Shown: positions 9,052-15,365 of the stretch, piece after piece
How positions within the stretch are numbered: the stretch's first letter is position 1
How the letters are laid out: every line of letters starts with the position of its first letter
Virus record (IMG/VR): IMGVR_UViG_3300046832_003565
Direction: 5' to 3' (one strand)
From: an uncultured virus (IMG/VR IMGVR_UViG_3300046832_003565)
Taxonomy: Duplodnaviria; Heunggongvirae; Uroviricota; Caudoviricetes
Length of the DNA: 20,000 nucleotides
The notes under the pieces: model-generated
What the model saw: only the letters and a program-made list of their open reading frames with translations
Databases searched by the model: none
Told to the model about the DNA's origin: nothing
Position numbers and translations under genes: made by a program

Positions 9052-9882
9052 TTAATATTCTCTTATATCTGACAAATATTCGCTATGTTTATATATGCTT
9101 ACACTATCTGCTGTAAGTTCAACATCATCAATTCTTGAAAAATCATAATAGCTATTACAAATTTCATAACAAGAATAAGGAATATCAATATCATAAACAT
9201 CTACAGTTTCATCATCGTTTTCGTCAGAAGGAATGTCAAATGCTTCGTTTGAAACTGCGACAACTTGAACATATTCATGGTTGCAATGATTGCCTTCTTC
9301 ATTCTGTGTAAGAACTGTAAATTCTGGAAATTCTGCTTTTACTACATCAGCTATTTCTTTAGCAATATAATTGCAGATGCCTCCAACACCCCATGCATCT
9401 CTATATTCTTCTTCTGAATTAAATTTCTTAGGATCCCAGTCATCATAAACTGATTGAGCAGCTGCAGCAATTTTTGAGCTGATTTTTCTTATTCTTTGAG
9501 CAATTGGATCATCATCTAAATATGAAGATGTTTTTATATTTTTGTAATATAGAGGTTCTCTAAATGAAAAATCTTTATTTCTACCTTTGTTAGGAACAAA
9601 ATCATTTTTTTTGTAAAATCTCCGCAACTCTGTTTTTTTACCCTTATCATGTTCAGGATAAAGTACTATAGGTTTGCCAACTTGATCGCTATACTCTTTT
9701 AATTTTGTAAGTATTTCAGAACCTATACCAGAATCTTGCATATTTTTTGGAACTCTAATTCTAGACAATTCAATTACTTGGGCAAGTTCATAAATTGATA
9801 ATTCAACTTCTGGATATTTTTCCTTAAAAAAAGAAATTATATCTTGAACATTATTTTGAATTGAAGCTATTTTGTACCACAT
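9052..9882 (-). CDS. Two-domain protein (276 aa): N-terminal GNAT-like domain plus unknown C-terminal domain, with MWYK tag
   Basis: IELSRIRVPKNMQDSGIGSEILTKL...PIVLYP...LRRFYKKNDF matches GNAT V....Q..GIG and FY.k.gF motifs; second domain contains GGICNYIA and HCNHEY. Confidence 0.7.
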   Translation of the reverse strand: MWYKIASIQNNVQDIISFFKEKYPEVELSIYELAQVIELSRIRVPKNMQDSGIGSEILTKLKEYSDQVGKPIVLYPEHDKGKKTELRRFYKKNDFVPNKGRNKDFSFREPLYYKNIKTSSYLDDDPIAQRIRKISSKIAAAAQSVYDDWDPKKFNSEEEYRDAWGVGGICNYIAKEIADVVKAEFPEFTVLTQNEEGNHCNHEYVQVVAVSNEAFDIPSDENDDETVDVYDIDIPYSCYEICNSYYDFSRIDDVELTADSVSIYKHSEYLSDIREY

Positions 9883-9906
9883 ATGTCAATTATTCTATTT
9901 CAAAAG

Positions 9907-9933
9907 AAAAAAAACCCTGTAGAAGGGGGTTTT
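9907..9933 (-). terminator. Intrinsic terminator-like hairpin downstream of the M23 gene
   Basis: Minus strand AAAACCCCCTTCTACAGGGTTTTTTTT: GC stem followed by T8. Confidence 0.6.
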
Positions 9934-9937
9934 CATT

Positions 9938-10597
9938 CTAAAAATTTGGACTCACTGGTGATCCATTCAATCGCAGTTCAAAATGCAAATGTGGTCCTGT
10001 TGCACGACCTGTTTTACCAACTTTTCCAATTACTCTATTTTGCATCACTTCTTCATCAACACGAACATCAATACTACTCAAGTGTGCATAATAAGTTTCA
10101 TAACCGCCACCATGATCAATAATCACCAAATTTCCATAGCTACCTTTGGGACCAGCATGTGTAATTGTGCCACTTTCAGAAGCTATAACAAAATCATCTT
10201 CATTTCCATCAATATCAATACCCTGATGATTTGTAGATGCACCGTCCATAGGAGCATCTCTAGGTCCAAAATTTGAAGTTATTGATCCATCTAGTGGTTT
10301 TTTAAAATTCAATTCACCTGTGTCATTATTAGTATCAGACTTATCATCATTTGTAGGCAAATTATTTTCTTCTACAATTTTATTATAATTTGATATGATA
10401 TCGCTTGAATTAAAATTGTCTTCTGCAATTAATTTGTTTTTATAACTTCTAAATGCATCTGATATCTTTTGCAAATCAGAAGTTTTTTGCTTAATTGAAA
10501 AAATATATCCTGTCATTGCTCCATAGAGGCTATCAGGATCATTTGTATTGTCAAGATTGTCAACTTCGGAATTAAACTTTGCTATTTTATACCACAT
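9938..10597 (-). CDS. M23-family metallopeptidase (peptidoglycan endopeptidase) with MWYK tag
   Basis: ITSNFGPR...HQGIDI (HxxxD), YGNLVIIDHGGGYETYYAHLS, VGKTGRATGPHLHFE (HxH). Confidence 0.93.
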   Translation of the reverse strand: MWYKIAKFNSEVDNLDNTNDPDSLYGAMTGYIFSIKQKTSDLQKISDAFRSYKNKLIAEDNFNSSDIISNYNKIVEENNLPTNDDKSDTNNDTGELNFKKPLDGSITSNFGPRDAPMDGASTNHQGIDIDGNEDDFVIASESGTITHAGPKGSYGNLVIIDHGGGYETYYAHLSSIDVRVDEEVMQNRVIGKVGKTGRATGPHLHFELRLNGSPVSPNF

Positions 10598-10625
10598 AGA
10601 GATTATATTCTTGATATTAAAATAA

Positions 10626-10648
10626 AAATCCCCTTTTTACAGGGGATA
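10626..10648 (-). terminator. Intrinsic terminator-like hairpin downstream of tRNA-Arg
   Basis: ATCCCCT-ttttac-AGGGGAT inverted repeat followed by TTTT on the minus strand. Confidence 0.65.
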
Positions 10649-10650
10649 TA

Positions 10651-10723
10651 TACAACCAGCAGGACTCGAACCTGCGACCAACTGCTTAGAAGGCAGTTGC
10701 TCTATCCGCTGAGCTATGGTTGC
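10651..10723 (-). tRNA. trnR: tRNA-Arg(TCT)
   Basis: Cloverleaf GCAACCA/TGGTTGT, D arm GCTC/GAGC, anticodon arm ACTGC-CTTCTAA-GCAGT, T arm GCAGG-TTCGAGT-CCTGC; no encoded CCA. Confidence 0.95.
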
Positions 10724-10752
10724 ATTTAGTAAGCATTTCAACTTACAAATCT

Positions 10753-10780
10753 ATTATACCAAATTTTTCATCAATGTCAA
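10753..10780 (-). promoter_or_regulatory. Sigma70-type promoter for tRNA-Arg
   Basis: TTGACA (10780-10775), 16-nt spacer, TATAAT (10758-10753) on the minus strand. Confidence 0.7.
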
Positions 10781-10807
10781 ACACAATTTAGGTATAATAT
10801 TAGTGAA

Positions 10808-11215
10808 ATGAAAATAAAAGATATTTACAATTTACCAAGACAATCTTCATATGATATTGAGAAAATCTTTACATTAAAAGAATGGGGAAGAAGTATTTTT
10901 CCAGTTCAAAACAATCTAGGAGTAGATTGGGAAAATCTTAAGAAAAATGTTCCAGGACTTCAAGCATTTTCAGTTGACACAAGTCTAAATAAATTTTATA
11001 TTGTGAGTATTAATAATCAACAATTTATTCTATTAAATTATGACAAAGTACTTCAAATTCACACACCTTATTGCACAGATTTTTCTTTATATGAAACATT
11101 TATGAAACTACTGATTGCTCACTCAAGTTTATCATATTGTTTTTTTAGTGCAAAAATAGAAGATAATGTAACTCTTCCAGATGATGATGGATATTATATA
11201 GAATGTGATGATTAA
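10808..11215 (+). CDS. Hypothetical protein (135 aa)
   Basis: ORF track; GGTATAAT at 10791-10798 upstream; ends at a bidirectional terminator. Confidence 0.7.
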   Translation: MKIKDIYNLPRQSSYDIEKIFTLKEWGRSIFPVQNNLGVDWENLKKNVPGLQAFSVDTSLNKFYIVSINNQQFILLNYDKVLQIHTPYCTDFSLYETFMKLLIAHSSLSYCFFSAKIEDNVTLPDDDGYYIECDD

Positions 11216-11243
11216 AAAAAGGGGAGAAAATCTCCCCTTTTTT
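11214..11243. terminator. Bidirectional intrinsic terminator
   Basis: A7-GGGGAGA-aaa-TCTCCCC-T6 lies exactly between two convergent genes. Confidence 0.85.
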
Positions 11244-11514
11244 ATTGTTTGTAAACCCCTTGAGCTAAACCCCAAACAAAAGATGCTACAGCTAAAATAA
11301 TACCAGCAGTATTTCCAGTATTAATTTGTTTAGCTCGTTTGTCTTCTTCTAAATCATTTACATTAGGCATGAATAAAAGAACAATAGCGCCTAATAAACT
11401 TCCACCAAAAAACCAAGCCCAAAAGTTATAACCTTTTCTGTTTGCCCAAGTTCCGCATCCATATGCAATAAGCAGAATCAGAATCCATGTCAATATTTGC
11501 GTAGTTAAATCCAT
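11242..11514 (-). CDS. Small multi-pass membrane protein (90 aa)
   Basis: Three hydrophobic segments; A.RKGY.FW.WF pattern; AAGGA Shine-Dalgarno upstream. Confidence 0.75.
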   Translation of the reverse strand: MDLTTQILTWILILLIAYGCGTWANRKGYNFWAWFFGGSLLGAIVLLFMPNVNDLEEDKRAKQINTGNTAGIILAVASFVWGLAQGVYKQ

Positions 11515-11515
11515 G

Positions 11516-11839
11516 TTAATTTCCTTTTGATTTTATTTTTTTGTAGTAAAAATTCCAAAGTTCTTGAAATCCATTTTTACCGATTGAATGTTGCAAATGA
11601 TAATCAATAACTAATGGAGCGCGAGCTTCTTTGTTATTTCTGGAATAGAAATTGTCATAAAACTTTTCATATTTTTCTTTGTCAATAATATCAACACTTG
11701 TGAATTTTTTATTTAAAGAAACAATTCCAATTCTACTTCCAGACCTACCAATTAATTGAATGGCATACCTACTGTCAAAATTACCAATATTTAATACACA
11801 TTCTTTTTTGATTTTTTCAACCCATTCACGTTCGTTCAT
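11516..11839 (-). CDS. Hypothetical protein (107 aa)
   Basis: ORF track; tightly packed with both neighbours on the same strand. Confidence 0.65.
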   Translation of the reverse strand: MNEREWVEKIKKECVLNIGNFDSRYAIQLIGRSGSRIGIVSLNKKFTSVDIIDKEKYEKFYDNFYSRNNKEARAPLVIDYHLQHSIGKNGFQELWNFYYKKIKSKGN

Positions 11840-11842
11840 AGT

Positions 11843-11980
11843 TTATTCAGGTCTATCTGTAATCATAGAGTCTAACATCTTTATCAATCTATTTAAACGA
11901 TAATTCATATAGAGAGAAAATGCCATAACAGATACAAAAATAATAGAACAGTTAATCCAAGTTGCAGTGATAATATTCAT
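11843..11980 (-). CDS. Small single-pass membrane protein (45 aa, MNIITATWINCSIIFVSVMAFSLYMNYRLNRLIKMLDSMITDRPE)
   Basis: Hand-translated; GGAG Shine-Dalgarno upstream; fills the gap between neighbours; below the ORF-track size cutoff. Confidence 0.6.
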   Translation of the reverse strand: MNIITATWINCSIIFVSVMAFSLYMNYRLNRLIKMLDSMITDRPE

Positions 11981-11982
11981 AT

Positions 11983-12138
11983 CTACTCCACCATTTTTGC
12001 TGTCTTTTTATTCAATGTTTCAAAATTATTATCGTAAGATTTCAAGATTTTTTTAGTCTGAAAAATTATGACAAATAACAAGACGAATAAAATTGCTACT
12101 AAAGCAAATAAAATTGATAATAAAATTGTTTCGTTCAT
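11983..12138 (-). CDS. Small single-pass membrane protein (51 aa, MNETILLSILFALVAILFVLLFVIIFQTKK...)
   Basis: Hand-translated; strong N-terminal hydrophobic helix; TATAAT 6 nt upstream of the ATG. Confidence 0.65.
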   Translation of the reverse strand: MNETILLSILFALVAILFVLLFVIIFQTKKILKSYDNNFETLNKKTAKMVE

Positions 12139-12155
12139 ATGTTTATTATATCACA

Positions 12156-12509
12156 TTATGACTGATGCCACCATTCATCAGACTCAGGAGCTCTTTCAGA
12201 TTGAACATTTTCTTTTGGTGGAGTTTTGTCTAGATTTAATGAACCATATTCTTCGTTATAAGCTTGCACTGCTTCCATTGCAAACTGATATCCAGAAAGT
12301 TTATCCATAACTTGAGCGTAACTATGAGTCAAACCGTAAAATGTCATCCATTCATTTTCGGTGTAATTGTAAACTATAGTTACAAACCAATTGTCATCAT
12401 CAAGAGGATGATGACTTGGATACATTTTGAAATTTAATTTAATAGGAGCATATCTTTTGTTTAAATCTTCTATTCTATTTTTAATTTCTTCTGCATGTAC
12501 TTTTGTCAT
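12156..12509 (-). CDS. Hypothetical protein (117 aa)
   Basis: ORF track; ATG abuts the stop of the upstream gene. Confidence 0.7.
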   Translation of the reverse strand: MTKVHAEEIKNRIEDLNKRYAPIKLNFKMYPSHHPLDDDNWFVTIVYNYTENEWMTFYGLTHSYAQVMDKLSGYQFAMEAVQAYNEEYGSLNLDKTPPKENVQSERAPESDEWWHQS

Positions 12510-12731
12510 TTATTCTACTATCCAATCGTCAGCCAAAAGATCATCAGCATAAAAACTTAAAGTATCTCGTTGTGCATATTTGATATCGTACTTCACACCC
12601 TCGTGAACATTATATTTTATCATCATACCAAACTTTTTGGTATTAACATCAAAGCAATAAGAAGTGTTTGAATGAATTCTTCTTATAATCTTATTTTGTT
12701 TTATTTCAATTAAAGCTTCGCTAAGTGACAT
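12510..12731 (-). CDS. DUF2829 / Tad2-like small protein (73 aa)
   Basis: MSLSEALIEIKQNKIIRR at the N-terminus and DDLLADDWIVE at the C-terminus match the family pattern (F.EAL..LK.G..v.R ... D.LA.DW). Confidence 0.65.
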   Translation of the reverse strand: MSLSEALIEIKQNKIIRRIHSNTSYCFDVNTKKFGMMIKYNVHEGVKYDIKYAQRDTLSFYADDLLADDWIVE

Positions 12732-12753
12732 GGTATTTTTCCATAATACAGGA

Positions 12754-12825
12754 AGCCTCCGACAAGAATCGAACTTGCAACAAATGGTTTACAAAACCAT
12801 TGCTCTACCTTTGAGCTACAGAGGC
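12754..12825 (-). tRNA. trnT: tRNA-Thr(TGT)
   Basis: GCCTCTG/CGGAGGC acceptor, ATGGT-TTTGTAA-ACCAT anticodon arm, GCAAG-TTCGATT-CTTGT T arm; no encoded CCA. Confidence 0.93.
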
Positions 12826-12846
12826 TTGAAAAATCAACCTATTTAT

Positions 12847-14214
12847 TTATACACTATGTAAAACTGTACCCCATGCTGGATAACAATCATTATTGCAATT
12901 AATATATAAATCTCCTGAACCACAGGGGCAAAAATCATTATCTTTATAAGAAGTTTTTACTTCTGGTATTCCATCATGGCAGTCTGCCAAATCATAAGGA
13001 GATGGATGATTAAATTTTCTTAACTTATTGCTATATATTGTATCAAAGGTATCGACCAAAGGTCTTAAAGAGTGATTGACATCATGATTATCAATTATAT
13101 AATCTTTTAATTTTTCACCCATTGATTGTCTTAATTCTTTATTATCAATGAGTTTTTTGATGTTATTGTACCAATCTTCACTATCATTTGATATAAAACC
13201 ACCTATTCCATTACTTTCAACATGAAATCGTTGATTGTTTGCAACTTTAGAAGCAACATATGGAATAGATAAAGCTCCATATTCATATAATTTTAAAGCA
13301 GATTTACATCTACCAAAAATTGTATTTACAACTGGAGCTAAACCTATATCAAAAGATGATATTTTATGAGGATAATCAGTAAAAGGCTGGCAGTCAAAAA
13401 ACACCAACTTGTTTGCTGGCACTTTGTGATTTCTCATACACACATTCATTGCCATGTCAAATTCACAAAGAATACCAAAAAATACATTATCATATTCTCT
13501 TAAGATTTGAATTATAGGTTCTATGATTTCATTCAAGTCTGTTATATGACTACTGGATCCAAAAAAACCAATCAGCAAACTATTTTCGTCTACTTTGCAG
13601 CCTTGCTTAGAAGCATAAGTTTTCCAATCAAATTTTGAATCAAATGAATATCTATCTTTTATATCTATGTAATTTGGTAAAAATGAGCAATTTAGGTTCA
13701 AATGCTTATAGTATGCCATTAATTCTCTAGTTGAATAAAAAACAAAATCTGATGATGAAATGTTATTTTCTAATATTTCAATATTTATTTTTCCCTGTTC
13801 AAGATCTTGATCAAAAAAATGAAAGCTTGGATTTTCCCTATCAACATAATGATAGTTATCATCAAGATCAAATATGAGAACTGAGTTATTTTTTTCAGCT
13901 ATTTCTTTAATCACTGGGAAATTTTTGTTATCAATTACTTTTGGTGCAATAATGAACTTGCATCCATTAAGAACTGATATTTGCTGGGCTCTTGGATAAC
14001 AACAAATACTAACAGTGCAATCATTGTCTCCCAAGTTTTTATATGGAACTCTTGCTCTGTACCAATCATGCTCGCCTGCTACAACAGATACAGAAAGTAA
14101 GTTGTTAGAATTAGTGGAAATATGTTGATAATCAATATCTGTTTGTATGAAATTAGCACAAACTTTCATCATTTTTTCCCTAACAATATTGGCTTTATAA
14201 AGAGTGTCTTTCAT
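12847..14214 (-). CDS. GT-B fold (GT4-like) glycosyltransferase with C-terminal SEC-C-like motif
   Basis: WYRARVP, IFDLDD, LPNYID, IGFFGSSSH..DL, FDIGLAPV....F..CKSALKLYEYGALSIPYVAS, LIDNKELRQSMGE; tail CPCGSGDLYINC. Confidence 0.85.
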   Translation of the reverse strand: MKDTLYKANIVREKMMKVCANFIQTDIDYQHISTNSNNLLSVSVVAGEHDWYRARVPYKNLGDNDCTVSICCYPRAQQISVLNGCKFIIAPKVIDNKNFPVIKEIAEKNNSVLIFDLDDNYHYVDRENPSFHFFDQDLEQGKINIEILENNISSSDFVFYSTRELMAYYKHLNLNCSFLPNYIDIKDRYSFDSKFDWKTYASKQGCKVDENSLLIGFFGSSSHITDLNEIIEPIIQILREYDNVFFGILCEFDMAMNVCMRNHKVPANKLVFFDCQPFTDYPHKISSFDIGLAPVVNTIFGRCKSALKLYEYGALSIPYVASKVANNQRFHVESNGIGGFISNDSEDWYNNIKKLIDNKELRQSMGEKLKDYIIDNHDVNHSLRPLVDTFDTIYSNKLRKFNHPSPYDLADCHDGIPEVKTSYKDNDFCPCGSGDLYINCNNDCYPAWGTVLHSV

Positions 14215-14309
14215 TCACTAATCATTTCTTATCTAGAAATATTTGCTAATTTTAAATTACAAAAATCATGAGAGTAAATCTATACAAAATAAAGACTTAT
14301 CATGATAAA

Positions 14310-14380
14310 TTTTCCGGTAGAGATTCGAACTCCAATTAAAGGCACCAAAAACCTCTGTCCTACCATTGAACGACCGGAAA
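14310..14380 (-). tRNA. trnQ: tRNA-Gln(TTG)
   Basis: TTTCCGG/CCGGAAA acceptor (U1-A72), GAGGT-TTTTGGT-GCCTT anticodon arm, TGGAG-TTCGAAT-CTCTA T arm. Confidence 0.9.
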
Positions 14381-14399
14381 CTATATTTTAATTATACAA

Positions 14400-14472
14400 T
14401 AGTCTGTAGGGGGATCGAACCCCTGGTCTCATCCGTGAAAGGGACGCATCTTAACCACTCGACTAACAGACC
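14400..14472 (-). tRNA. trnE: tRNA-Glu(TTC)
   Basis: GGTCTGT/ACAGACT acceptor, CGTCC-CTTTCAC-GGATG anticodon arm, AGGGG-TTCGATC-CCCCT T arm. Confidence 0.92.
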
Positions 14473-14490
14473 ATATGTGATTATTATACC

Positions 14491-15249
14491 TTATTTTTTT
14501 GGGATTTCAAGCTTCCCAAATTTAATTTTTTCCCAATCTCCTCGACCTGGTTTTTTAATTCCGTAATATTTACACCATTTATTTACTGCATTATCACTAA
14601 CACCAAACATTTCTCCAATTTTCACACAAGGCATTTCCCATACTAACTTTTTTAAAACTTCTTTATCAGGTCTTTTAGATATTTTTATAACAGGTGCATA
14701 ATTCACTACTGGCTTTGTTTCTGGAATATAAGTTTGCCTGATTTCATTTTGAAGAGAAACATATTCATCTATTTCTAAGAAACCTGCGTGAATTTCAGAA
14801 TGACAATTAGAACAAACTATAATACATTTATTAAGTTCAATTTGTAAAACTTCAAATGGCTTGGTCATATTGCTGGAAAAACCAAATTCTTTTTCGTGTG
14901 GTTCTATGTGATGAAAGTGCAGTGCAGAAATACATTTGTCATAATTACAAACTATACATTTACCACCCATATATTCAACTGCTTTAAGTTTTTTATTTTG
15001 TCTTGATCGAGTTGTCCGACAAGTATTGCAAATATTTTTATGCTGTTGATGCCCTCCTGGATAATCTTTTTCACAAATACGACAAGTGTTCATTACTGGT
15101 TTTTCTTCTGTTAAATTCAATTGTTTTGTATTATGTTGATTGAATGGCGAACATTCGAAACAATACAAACGATTATTAGTGGATTTTAACTGTCCTTCTA
15201 AATAAATTCTTGAGGGTATTGTATTTTCACAGTTTTTGCATTTCTTCAT
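14491..15249 (-). CDS. Free-standing HNH endonuclease (putative homing endonuclease) with N-terminal Zn-finger motifs and C-terminal HTH-like region
   Basis: GGKCIVCNY...ALHFHHIEP..KEF...ELNKCIIVCSNCHSEIH is an HNH core; four further CxxC motifs upstream; IGEMFGVSDNAVNKWCKYYGI is HTH-like. Confidence 0.88.
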   Translation of the reverse strand: MKKCKNCENTIPSRIYLEGQLKSTNNRLYCFECSPFNQHNTKQLNLTEEKPVMNTCRICEKDYPGGHQQHKNICNTCRTTRSRQNKKLKAVEYMGGKCIVCNYDKCISALHFHHIEPHEKEFGFSSNMTKPFEVLQIELNKCIIVCSNCHSEIHAGFLEIDEYVSLQNEIRQTYIPETKPVVNYAPVIKISKRPDKEVLKKLVWEMPCVKIGEMFGVSDNAVNKWCKYYGIKKPGRGDWEKIKFGKLEIPKK

Positions 15250-15330
15250 ATTAATAATTTCCTTTGGTAGTATTTTTTACTATACTACCATTAATTGTTC
15301 GTATCAAAATGAATTATACCTTGTAAATAA

Positions 15331-15363
15331 ATAAATCCCCATACTTTTGCATGGGGATTTATT
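15331..15363 (-). terminator. Terminator-like hairpin downstream of the tRNA-Met/tRNA-Asn pair
   Basis: ATAAATCCCCAT-acttttgc-ATGGGGATTTAT inverted repeat. Confidence 0.7.
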
Positions 15364-15365
15364 AG

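Noticed and set aside
771..10276. Short ORF-track entries 771..962, 3438..3680, 4103..4333, 4183..4368, 5001..5300, 5736..5999, 7995..8177, 9883..10122 and 9983..10276
   Set aside because: Antisense shadows of longer genes with recognisable motifs; no coding signals of their own
804..10597. ATGTGGTAYARA as a DNA repeat array (CRISPR-like, or integron-type cassette sites)
   Set aside because: Only 12 nt, irregularly spaced, always exactly at a start codon, with synonymous variation; no palindromic att-like structure, cas gene or integrase in the window
12068..12310. 80-aa plus-strand ORF
   Set aside because: Antisense to two better-supported minus-strand genes (11983..12138 and 12156..12509)
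14366..14566. 66-aa plus-strand ORF
   Set aside because: Antisense to tRNA-Gln, tRNA-Glu and the HNH gene end
14491..15249. HNH gene as an intron-encoded ORF or as the restriction partner of the methyltransferase
   Set aside because: It lies outside the intron (15404-15612), beyond the 3' exon and a terminator, and is separated from the methyltransferase by other genes and terminators
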